57,537 nt of DNA from assembly GCA_031400185.1 (NCBI GenBank), contig JANNPN010000435.1:1-57537 (forward strand). The letters run 5' to 3'. Positions 49,733-57,537 of the stretch are shown in pieces. The translations under genes and the position numbers were made by a program. How positions within the stretch are numbered: position 1 is the stretch's first letter; every line of letters starts with the position of its first letter. This DNA comes from Polyangiaceae bacterium (GTDB lineage Bacteria; Desulfobacterota; Binatia; UTPRO1). The notes beneath the pieces were generated by a model. The model worked only from the letters and a program-made list of their open reading frames with translations. It had not been told where the DNA came from and did not search any database.

Positions 49733-51040
49733 TCAGTCGGAGAGGCAGTAGAAGACGAGCCCCGTCAGGAGCTTCGGGAAGAAGTACGTCGACTTCTCCG
49801 GCATCGTGAGGCCCGCGAGCCCGACCGCGCGGAGATCGCCGACGCCCGTCGCGGGCAGGAAGAACGCTGCGGCCGCTTCCCCACGCTCCACGAGCCCGAG
49901 CGCCTTGGTCGCGTCCTGCGTGTACGTGAGACCGGGCGCTCCGCCGCGGTCGCCGATCGGCAGGCGGAGCATGCCGGCGAGCACGATCTGATGCAGGACG
50001 GTCACGTCGAGGACGCGGAGCTCGGGCGGGACGGTCGGCGCGAAGGGCAACGTGGTCGACGGCGCAGTGCAGAGCCAGAGGCTCTTGGCACCCGCGACGG
50101 CGACGCCAAGGTGCGCCGTGTCGCTCGTGCGGTCATGGGCGGCAGCTGCGAGACGCGTCTCGAGCGCGGCGAGCCCATCCGCCGACCACGGCAGGTCCTC
50201 GATCGCGAAATGCTCGGCGAGCGCGCCGCGGAGCCCTGCGGGCACGAGCGCCAGCGTCGCGAGCACCCGATGGGTCGGGAAGATGACGAGGCCGGCATCC
50301 TCCATCGTCGTGAGGTAGCAGAGCACGTAGTCGTAGGACGCGTCCCCGAGCGGGGGGGCGGCAGCACCGGCCGCGGCGCGCCGCTCGTCGCGGTAGCGCA
50401 GTGCCGTCTCGTAACGATGGTGCCCGTCGGCGATGAAGACCTCGTGTGGCGCCACGGCCGCCGTGATCGTGGCGATCACGCCCGGATCGTCGATCCGCCA
50501 CATGCGGTCGTGCGATCCATCCTTGGCGCGCACGTCCACGTCGGGCGGACGCGTCGTCGGCACGAGCGCCGTCAAATCGATCTCGGGCGCCGCCACGAGC
50601 CCGAAGATCGGCGACAGCGATACCTGGCACGCCTGCAGGAGCGCGTAGCGGTCGTCCTTCGCCTTCTGCAGCGTCCGCTCGTGCGGCCGCACTTTGCCCG
50701 ACTCGAAGCTCTCGACGCGAAGCGCGCCGATCACACCGACGCGCTCGCGCATCGACCCGTCGGGCAGCGGAAAGCGCTGCGCGTAGAGATAGAGTGACGG
50801 CTTCGGATCGGCGGCGACGGCGCCTTCGGCGCGCCACTCTGCGAGGGTCCCCGCCGCGCTCGCATAGGGATCGGCCTCGCGGCTGAGATCGACGCGGACG
50901 ACGTTGTAGGGACTCTGCGCGTACAGCCGGTCGCGCTTGGCGGGATCGATCACGTCGTACGGCGGCGCGGTCACGGCCGCGGGGTCGCCGACGATGCTGG
51001 CGTCGTAGCGCAGTCCGGGGAACGGTCGAAAGATGGCCAC
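49733..51040 (-). CDS. DUF1015 family protein
   Basis: PPYDVI, PHERT, IADGHHRYET, PTHR and MPEKSTYFFPK. Confidence 0.92.
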   Translation of the reverse strand: MAIFRPFPGLRYDASIVGDPAAVTAPPYDVIDPAKRDRLYAQSPYNVVRVDLSREADPYASAAGTLAEWRAEGAVAADPKPSLYLYAQRFPLPDGSMRERVGVIGALRVESFESGKVRPHERTLQKAKDDRYALLQACQVSLSPIFGLVAAPEIDLTALVPTTRPPDVDVRAKDGSHDRMWRIDDPGVIATITAAVAPHEVFIADGHHRYETALRYRDERRAAAGAAAPPLGDASYDYVLCYLTTMEDAGLVIFPTHRVLATLALVPAGLRGALAEHFAIEDLPWSADGLAALETRLAAAAHDRTSDTAHLGVAVAGAKSLWLCTAPSTTLPFAPTVPPELRVLDVTVLHQIVLAGMLRLPIGDRGGAPGLTYTQDATKALGLVERGEAAAAFFLPATGVGDLRAVGLAGLTMPEKSTYFFPKLLTGLVFYCLSD

Positions 51041-51051
51041 GCGGTCTTCCT

Positions 51052-51675
51052 TCAGGGCTCGGAGTGGAGTGGTGTCGACCCGAGGACGCGGCGAAGCTCG
51101 TCGTCCGGGATCGCGCCGCGACGGATGACCCGTGCCGCGTCGTCGGCGACGAGTAGCACGGTCGACCCGAGGCCGCCAGCGAGCGTGCCGCCGTCGACGT
51201 ACGTCACGTGCGCACCAAAGTAGCTGCGCGCCGTCGCCGTATCGAGCGCGGGCGGCGCGCCGCCGGGGTTCGCGCTCGTCGCGGTGATCGGCTCGCCGAG
51301 CGCCGTCGTGAGAGCGTGCGCGACCGGATGGCTCGAGACGCGAACGCCCACGGAGCGGCTGCCGCCGGTGATCTCGGGTGCCAGGTCCGCGCGCGCCGCC
51401 AGCACGAGCGTGAGCGGTCCCGGCCAGAAGCGTGCGATCAACCGCTCGGCGGCCTCCGGCACGCGCGCGACGACCCGCGCCAGCATCGCCACGTCCGCGA
51501 CGACGAGCGCGATCGGCTTCCCGGCGTCGCGGCCCTTGAGCGCCGCCACCGCCGCGACCGCCTCGCGATCGAGCGCCCGCGCGCCGATCCCGTAGAAGGT
51601 CTCCGTCGGGTAGACGACCGCGCGTCCGCGCCGGAGCGCCGCGAGGGCCGCGTCGAGGTCGGCATCGCCGGCCAT
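51052..51675 (-). CDS. tsaC: L-threonylcarbamoyladenylate synthase (YrdC/Sua5 family)
   Basis: PTETFYGIG, KGR...KP, FWPGPLT and TSAN. Confidence 0.93.
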   Translation of the reverse strand: MAGDADLDAALAALRRGRAVVYPTETFYGIGARALDREAVAAVAALKGRDAGKPIALVVADVAMLARVVARVPEAAERLIARFWPGPLTLVLAARADLAPEITGGSRSVGVRVSSHPVAHALTTALGEPITATSANPGGAPPALDTATARSYFGAHVTYVDGGTLAGGLGSTVLLVADDAARVIRRGAIPDDELRRVLGSTPLHSEP

Positions 51676-51682
51676 CCGCCCC

Positions 51683-52351
51683 TCAGTCCGTGGGGGCCGT
51701 CGGCGCCGGAAAGAGCCGCCGTCGCACGGACGGCACGGCAAGCGGGATCACGATCGCCGCCAAGAGGCCGACGGTCAGCAGCACCGAGCTCGGCGAGCCC
51801 CAGTCACCGAGCTTCGAGCCGAAGGTCGCGAGCGCGGCCGCGCGCGCGTAGCTCGCCGGGACGATGAGCAGCACGAACGTCGACGCGGCGATCGTCGAGC
51901 AGCCCGCCGCCCAGTGCGCCGCGTGCAGGGGGCCGACCGGGTGCAGAGTCGCGAGCCCGATGAACGCCGCGACTGCGGTCGGCCCGCGCGCCGAGAGACG
52001 GTGCAGGCGCGCCCGCCATTCGCCCGGAATCATCACGTCGCCGACCCGGCGCGCGAACGCGAAGTTGACGATGCCGGAGACGATGATCCCCGTACCGCCG
52101 AGCATCGTGCCGAGCACGCCGCCGAAGATGATGCCGCCGGCCGTGAGCAGCAGCACTGCCGGCAACAACACGAACTGGCGCACGACGACGAGCCCGAGAA
52201 ACGCAGCCGGCGCCCGCCAGCCGAGCCCGTCGGCCCAGGCACGCACGGCGTCGACCGACGGATGGAGGCCGAGGTGCGCCCGCAGCCACTGCGCGGCGAT
52301 CAGCACCGCGGCAACGACCACGACGACGCGCACCTTCACCGAGACCGTCAC
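51683..52351 (-). CDS. VTT/TVP38 (DedA-like) membrane protein
   Basis: LLP..LLTAGGIIFG...G pattern, hydrophobic; GTG start with GGAGG. Confidence 0.8.
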   Translation of the reverse strand: MTVSVKVRVVVVVAAVLIAAQWLRAHLGLHPSVDAVRAWADGLGWRAPAAFLGLVVVRQFVLLPAVLLLTAGGIIFGGVLGTMLGGTGIIVSGIVNFAFARRVGDVMIPGEWRARLHRLSARGPTAVAAFIGLATLHPVGPLHAAHWAAGCSTIAASTFVLLIVPASYARAAALATFGSKLGDWGSPSSVLLTVGLLAAIVIPLAVPSVRRRLFPAPTAPTD

Positions 52352-52512
52352 GCCGCCTCCGCGCCGTTCCGGTCGAGCACGATCCGCCGCGCTCCGATGC
52401 GCTCGCCGACCGTCGTCGGCCGCGCGCGCCGCGCCGCGCACCCGAGGTACCCCGTGTCGGCGATCGCGACGACATAGGGCAGCTCGGCGAAGGTGATGGC
52501 GGTGAGATCCAC
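52348..52512 (-). pseudogene. Remnant of an OxyR-like LysR helix-turn-helix
   Basis: ITFAELPYVVAIADTGYLGCAARR resembles the OxyR N-terminus (TLTELRYIVA.A...HFGRAA); only 54 aa, no effector domain. Confidence 0.55.
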
Positions 52513-52758
52513 GCGGAAACCACGCAAATGTAGGGCATGCGATAGCCCGCGTCCATCGCATGGCGGCATCGGCGGTGCGACGGCGACCGTCGACACGGGC
52601 GCCGGGGCGAGATCGGACCGGGCACTCCCTACCTCCTCGCGCGGTCGACCACGGGCGCGGCGCTCTCGAACCGAGACACTACCGACCTGCCCCCTCCACC
52701 CGGCGGGCGAGTCGCCTTTGTGGGCCGCACCGAATCACGATAGAGCGGCCCGATTACC

Positions 52759-54696
52759 ATGGCCGCGCTGGCTCCTTCGCACGACGGCTCCACTGCGCAC
52801 ACCGCGCGACACGGCTCGAGCCTAGGGGTCCTCGCGTTGGCGGCGCTGGGCGTCGTCTACGGCGACATCGGCACCTCCCCGCTCTACGCGATCAAGGAGT
52901 GCTTCGGGCGCGAGTACGGGCTCGTCCCGAACCACGAGAACGTGCTCGGCATCCTGTCGCTCGTGTTCTGGTCGCTCTTCCTGATCGTCATCGTGAAGTA
53001 CCTGACGTTCATGATGCGCGCGGACAACCGCGGCGAGGGCGGCACGTTCGCGCTGCTCGCACTCCTCCGTGCGTCCGATCGTCCGCGTTCGTACCTCGTC
53101 GCCCTCGGACTTTTCGGCGCGGCGCTCCTGTACGGCGACGGCATGATCACGCCGGCCATCTCCGTGTTGAGCGCCGTCGAGGGCCTCGAGCTCGCGGCCC
53201 CGCAGCTGACTCCCTGGGTCGGGGCCATCACCGTGGTGATCCTCGCCGCAGTCTTCCTCGTGCAACGCCGCGGCACCGCCGGCCTCGGCGCCGTGTTCGG
53301 CCCGATCACCCTGGTGTGGTTCATCAGCATCGCCGCCGCGGGGCTGCCGTGGCTCTTCCGGAAGCCGTCCGTCCTCGAAGCATTCGATCCGTCGCACGCG
53401 GTGCGGTTCTTCCTCGACCACGGGACCCACGGGTTCTTCGTGCTCGGCTCGGTCGTCCTGTGCGTGACGGGCGGCGAAGCGCTCTACGCCGACATGGGAC
53501 ACTTCGGCCGACGGCCCATTCGCCTCGCGTGGTACACGGTCGTCCTCCCCGCGTTGCTCTTGAACTACCTCGGGCAAGGCGCGCTCCTCCTCGACAGCTG
53601 CGACGGGCCGGGGGGCGTCGCGGCCGAGGCGTGCACGATGGCGGTCGCGCGGCCCTTTTTCATGCTGGTGCCGGAGATGCTGCTGTACCCGATGGTGCTG
53701 ATCGCAACGCTCGCGACCGTCATCGCGTCGCAAGCGATGATCTCCGGCGCCTTCTCGCTCACCCAACAGGGCGTCCAGCTCGGGTTCCTGCCGCGCGTGC
53801 AGATCATCCACACCTCGGCGACCGCCGAGGGGCAGATCTTCGTGCCGGTGGTGAACGGCGGGCTCATGGTCGCGTGCATCGCGCTCGTGCTGTTCGCCGG
53901 GACGTCGAGCAACCTGGCCGCGGCGTACGGCATCGCGGTGACGGGAACGTTCACCGTGACGTCCGTGCTGTTCTACGCCGTGGCTCGCCATCACTGGGGC
54001 TGGTCCCGCCTGCGCGCCGGCAGTCTCGTGCTGCTCTTTCTCGTGGTCGATCTCGCCTTCTTCGGCGCGAACCTCGCGAAGCTCTTCCACGGCGGGTGGA
54101 TCCCGATGGTCGCGGCGCTCGGCGTCTTCAGCATGATGACGACGTGGCGCATGGGCGCGCGCTGGCGCGCCCGCGAGCTCTCGAAGGTCCGCATCAAGTT
54201 CGAGGACTTCTTTACGAGCTTGAAGCTGCAGCCGCCCGCCCGCGTGAAGGGCACGGCGGTGTTCATGACACAGGATTCCGAAGGGACGCCCATGGCGCTC
54301 CTGCACCAGCTGAAACACAACCAGGTCCTGCACGAGCAAGTCGTCCTGCTCACGATCATGACCTTGAACGATCCGACCGTGCCGGAGGAGGCACGCGTAC
54401 GTGTGACCCAGCTGCACGCGGGCTTCTGGCGCGTCATCGGACGCTACGGCTTCATGGAGACTCCGAACGTTCCCGACATCATGAAGCGCGCGGCGTCGCA
54501 GGGTCTCGCGACCTACCGCGGTCGCACCAGCTACTTCCTCGGCCGCGAGACCTTCATCGCGACCGGCCGCTCGAGCATGCCGCGCTGGCGGCGCGTGCTG
54601 TTCGCGTTCCTCGCCAAGAACGCCCGCTCGCCGACGGAGTTCTTCGGCATCCCCGCCAACGAAGTCGTCGAGCTGGGCGCGCAGATCGAGATCTGA
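52759..54696 (+). CDS. kup: KUP/HAK/KT potassium transporter
   Basis: GVVYGDIGTSPLY, GEGGTFAL, YGDGMITPAISVLSAVEG and GGEALYADMGHFG. Confidence 0.97.
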   Translation: MAALAPSHDGSTAHTARHGSSLGVLALAALGVVYGDIGTSPLYAIKECFGREYGLVPNHENVLGILSLVFWSLFLIVIVKYLTFMMRADNRGEGGTFALLALLRASDRPRSYLVALGLFGAALLYGDGMITPAISVLSAVEGLELAAPQLTPWVGAITVVILAAVFLVQRRGTAGLGAVFGPITLVWFISIAAAGLPWLFRKPSVLEAFDPSHAVRFFLDHGTHGFFVLGSVVLCVTGGEALYADMGHFGRRPIRLAWYTVVLPALLLNYLGQGALLLDSCDGPGGVAAEACTMAVARPFFMLVPEMLLYPMVLIATLATVIASQAMISGAFSLTQQGVQLGFLPRVQIIHTSATAEGQIFVPVVNGGLMVACIALVLFAGTSSNLAAAYGIAVTGTFTVTSVLFYAVARHHWGWSRLRAGSLVLLFLVVDLAFFGANLAKLFHGGWIPMVAALGVFSMMTTWRMGARWRARELSKVRIKFEDFFTSLKLQPPARVKGTAVFMTQDSEGTPMALLHQLKHNQVLHEQVVLLTIMTLNDPTVPEEARVRVTQLHAGFWRVIGRYGFMETPNVPDIMKRAASQGLATYRGRTSYFLGRETFIATGRSSMPRWRRVLFAFLAKNARSPTEFFGIPANEVVELGAQIEI

Positions 54697-54745
54697 TCCT
54701 CGCGTTTGCGAGGACTAGTTGCGTCCTGCTCTCGCATCTGCGAGA
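54697..54745. promoter_or_regulatory. Tandem palindromic operator (CTCGC-N4-GCGAG x2) before the mod operon
   Basis: TCCTCGC-GTTT-GCGAGGA (54697-54714) and TCTCGC-ATCT-GCGAGA (54730-54745). Confidence 0.6.
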
Positions 54746-54756
54746 TGCGTGTCGTC

Positions 54757-55176
54757 ATGGCACGTACACCGACCTTTCGCATGGGGGAAGTCGCCGCCCT
54801 TCTCGGGGCGAGCGCCGACACCGTCCGCCGGCTCGCCGACGCGGGGAAGCTGAAGACGCGTCGCACCGACGCCGGGCACCGCGTCGTCGACGGCGCCGAG
54901 CTCGCGCGCTTTCTGGTGGCCAACCTCGCGTCGCCCGAGGAGGACGTCGTCGTCGGGCAGTCGGCGCGGAACCGTTTCCCGGGCGTCGTCACGCGGGTCG
55001 TGAAGGACAAGGTCGTGGCGCAGGTCGAGATCCACGCCGGTCCGCATCGCATCGTCTCGCTCATGACCCGCGAGGCTGCCGACGAGCTCGCGCTCGCCCC
55101 CGGGACGCGCGCCATCGCCGCCGTCAAAGCCACCAACGTCGTGATCGAGGTCCCCGGACCGAAGCGAAAGGCCTGA
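54757..55176 (+). CDS. MerR/excisionase-like HTH + TOBE molybdenum-responsive regulator
   Basis: GEVAALLGASADTVRR HTH, SARNRF, and AAVKATNV TOBE signature. Confidence 0.9.
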   Translation: MARTPTFRMGEVAALLGASADTVRRLADAGKLKTRRTDAGHRVVDGAELARFLVANLASPEEDVVVGQSARNRFPGVVTRVVKDKVVAQVEIHAGPHRIVSLMTREAADELALAPGTRAIAAVKATNVVIEVPGPKRKA

Positions 55177-55179
55177 CCG

Positions 55180-55995
55180 ATGACCGTCCGCGCTCCGGTG
55201 TCCTCACCCGCGTCCCACTGGACTTCTGACGTGCGATTCGTCCTCGGCGCGTTCGCCACCGCGCTCGTCGCGCTCGCGCTCGTCCTCCGCTCCGCCTCGC
55301 CCGTCGCGGCCGCCGGCGGCGCGACGGTGAACGTGTTCGCGGCGGCGTCGCTCACCGCGTCGTTCAAGGCCATCGCCGCGGCCTACGAGGTGGCGCACCC
55401 GGGCACCAAAGTCGCGTTCAACTTTGCCGGCTCGCCGACGCTCGTGCAGCAGATCCGCGAGGGCGCCCCGGCCGACGTCTTCGCGTCGGCCGACGAGGCC
55501 AACATGCAGAAGCTCGTCGAGGCGAAGGCGGTCGCGGCCGACGCGGCGAAGGTCTTCGCGCAGAACGTGCTGCAGATCGCGGTCGGCAAGGGCAACCCGA
55601 TGCACATCGCCGGGCTCGCGGACCTGGCACGCCCGGGACTGATCGTGGTGCTCTGCGGCGCGACCGTGCCCTGCGGCCGCTACGCGCTCGAGGCGTTCGC
55701 CAAGGCGAAGGTGACGCCGCCTCCGGGCAGCCGCGAGCCCGACGTGAAGGCGGTCGTGACCAAGGTCGCGCTCGGCGAGGCCGACGCCGGCATCGTGTAT
55801 GTGACCGACGTCCGCGCCGCCAGCGACAAGGTCGAGGGCGTGGGCTTGCCGACCGAGCACACCGTCAGCGCGCGGTACCCGATCGCCGTGGTTCGTGACG
55901 CACCGCATGCCGAGACTGCGGCGAGCTTCGTCGCGTTCGTGCTATCCGATCCCGGGACGAAGATCCTGGGAGAGTACGGATTCCGCAGGCCCTGA
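55180..55995 (+). CDS. modA: Molybdate ABC transporter substrate-binding protein
   Basis: FAAASL, NFAGS, GAPADVFASAD, VPCG and ADAGIVYVTD. Confidence 0.95.
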   Translation: MTVRAPVSSPASHWTSDVRFVLGAFATALVALALVLRSASPVAAAGGATVNVFAAASLTASFKAIAAAYEVAHPGTKVAFNFAGSPTLVQQIREGAPADVFASADEANMQKLVEAKAVAADAAKVFAQNVLQIAVGKGNPMHIAGLADLARPGLIVVLCGATVPCGRYALEAFAKAKVTPPPGSREPDVKAVVTKVALGEADAGIVYVTDVRAASDKVEGVGLPTEHTVSARYPIAVVRDAPHAETAASFVAFVLSDPGTKILGEYGFRRP

Positions 55996-56033
55996 CATCG
56001 CGTCGCCACGAGCGACCCCATTTTTTCGTCATC

Positions 56034-56789
56034 TTGCTGGCGCTCGTCGGTGTCGCGTTCTTCGCTCTCCCACTCGCCGGCCTCCTCTGGCGCGCGCCGC
56101 TCGCGACCTTCTGGATCGAGCTCACCGCCCCCGAGGTCGTGACGGCGCTCCGCCTGTCGATCGTCTGCTCGCTCGTCGCAACCGTGCTCTCGGTCGTCTT
56201 CGGGTTGCCGCTTGCCTGGGTCCAGGCGCGTACGAGCTTCCCGGGCCAACGCGTGCTTCGCGCCCTCACGACGCTCCCGATCGTGCTGCCGCCGGTCGTC
56301 GCCGGCGTGGCGCTGCTCGTCGTGTTCGGGCGCCGCGGCTTGCTCGGCACCTGGCTCGACGCCTGGTTCGGCATCCGCCTGCCGTTCACGGTCACGGGCG
56401 CGGTGCTCGCCGAGACGTTCGTCGCGATGCCGTTCTTCGTGCTCACCATGGAAGGCGCGTTCCGCTCGGTCGACCGCCGCCTGGAAGAGGTCGCGCGCAC
56501 GCTCGGCGCGTCGCGCTGGACGGTCTTTCGCCGCGTGACGCTGCCGCTGGTCCTTCCCTCGCTGCAGGCCGGCGCGGTCCTCGCGTGGGCACGTGCGCTC
56601 GGCGAGTTCGGCGCGACGATCACGTTCGCGGGAAACGTCGCCGGCCTGACGCAGACGCTGCCGCTCGCCGTCTTCCTGGCACTCGAGACCAACCCCGAAT
56701 CCGCGTTCGTGCTGAGCCTCGTGCTGCTCGCGGTGTCGCTCGCGGTGCTGATCGGCCTCCGCCGTCAGTGGCTCCCGGCATCCCCATGA
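56034..56789 (+). CDS. modB: Molybdate ABC transporter permease
   Basis: LPIVLPPVVAG and WARALGEFGATITFAGN; start may be CTG at 55992. Confidence 0.93.
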   Translation: MLALVGVAFFALPLAGLLWRAPLATFWIELTAPEVVTALRLSIVCSLVATVLSVVFGLPLAWVQARTSFPGQRVLRALTTLPIVLPPVVAGVALLVVFGRRGLLGTWLDAWFGIRLPFTVTGAVLAETFVAMPFFVLTMEGAFRSVDRRLEEVARTLGASRWTVFRRVTLPLVLPSLQAGAVLAWARALGEFGATITFAGNVAGLTQTLPLAVFLALETNPESAFVLSLVLLAVSLAVLIGLRRQWLPASP

Positions 56790-57537
56790 GCCTCGACGCC
56801 GACATCGCCGTCCGCTTCGACCGTCTCACGCTCGACGTGAAGCTCAGCGTCGCGAACGGCGTGGTCGTGGCGCTCGTCGGTCCGAGCGGCGCCGGCAAAA
56901 CGACCGTGCTCCGTGCGATCGCGGGCCTCTGCCCGCTCGGGAAGGGGCGTATCGTGCTCGACGGCGCCGTGTTCGAAGACACCGCGACCGGCGAGTACGT
57001 GCCCCCCGAGCGCCGGAACCTCGGGGTCGTCTTCCAGGACGCGCGGCTCTTCCCGCACCTCTCCGTGCTCGACAACGTCGGGGCCGGACTCTGCTTCACC
57101 GGCGCCTCGCGTACGATCGCGCGGCGGCGCGCGCACGAATGGCTCGAGCGCATCGGCATCCGCGAGCTCGCGACCGCGATGCCGGCGGCGCTCTCCGGCG
57201 GGCAAGCCCAGCGTGTCGGCCTCGCGCGCGCGCTCGCGACCAACCCACGCGTGCTGCTCCTCGACGAGCCGCTCTCCGCGCTCGACGTCACGACCCGCGC
57301 CGAGGTGCGCCGCGAGCTCCGCCGCCATCTCGCCGGGTTCGTCGGCATCCGCCTGCTCGTGACCCACGACCCGATCGACGCGCTCGCGCTCGCCGACCGC
57401 CTGGTCGTCCTCGAGCACGGCCACGTCGTGCAATCCGGGTCGTCGCTGGAGGTGACCGCGCAGCCGCGCTCACGCTACGTCGCCGACTTCATCGGGGTGA
57501 ACTGGCTCCGCGGCGAGGCGGCCGGCGACGCCGTCCG
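56786..57537 (+). CDS. modC: Molybdate ABC transporter ATP-binding protein, partial
   Basis: Translated by hand from ATG at 56786: GPSGAGKTT, LFPHL, LSGGQAQRV, LLDEP and VTHD; runs off the window. Confidence 0.92.
   Translation, partial: MSLDADIAVRFDRLTLDVKLSVANGVVVALVGPSGAGKTTVLRAIAGLCPLGKGRIVLDGAVFEDTATGEYVPPERRNLGVVFQDARLFPHLSVLDNVGAGLCFTGASRTIARRRAHEWLERIGIRELATAMPAALSGGQAQRVGLARALATNPRVLLLDEPLSALDVTTRAEVRRELRRHLAGFVGIRLLVTHDPIDALALADRLVVLEHGHVVQSGSSLEVTAQPRSRYVADFIGVNWLRGEAAGDAV

Noticed and set aside
52560-52758. Possible c-di-AMP riboswitch upstream of kup
   Set aside because: No recognisable ydaO consensus elements.

Overview
High-GC bacterial chromosomal window, densely coding and mostly housekeeping. 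The gene repertoire suggests a delta-proteobacterial/Binatia-like organism (inference only). Contents in order: a truncated secreted matrixin-type metalloprotease with a small secreted partner; glpK; an NTase-fold/TPM/LemA/panE/GDT1 operon; a complex I cluster with only the membrane-arm genes (nuoA-H-J-K-L-M-N); amgK-murU; a patatin; cysH; SCP2; an unannotated 25-aa Lys/Ala-rich ORF with its own promoter, RBS and terminator; eno; ftsB; pcm; gcvH; nrdJ with an NrdR-like box; DciA/DUF721; an osmoprotectant ABC transporter; thiI; two CoA-type Nudix genes; an M23 peptidase; an MBL hydrolase; a second, fused matrixin; large NAD-GDH; rlmD-like; a Rieske protein; AmrB/MEMO1; a CoxE-vWA/MoxR pair interrupted by a small antisense gene; DUF1015; tsaC; VTT; an OxyR-like LysR remnant; kup; and HTH-TOBE-modABC. 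No rRNA, tRNA, CRISPR array or transposase was recognised. Best leads: (1) the same OB/TIMP-like domain occurs as a separate gene beside one matrixin and fused to the other; (2) the tiny histone-like peptide on a structured transcript; (3) the NTase-TPM-LemA module; (4) the membrane-arm-only nuo operon; (5) three consensus sigma54 promoters. All calls come from motif recognition by eye; no searches were run.
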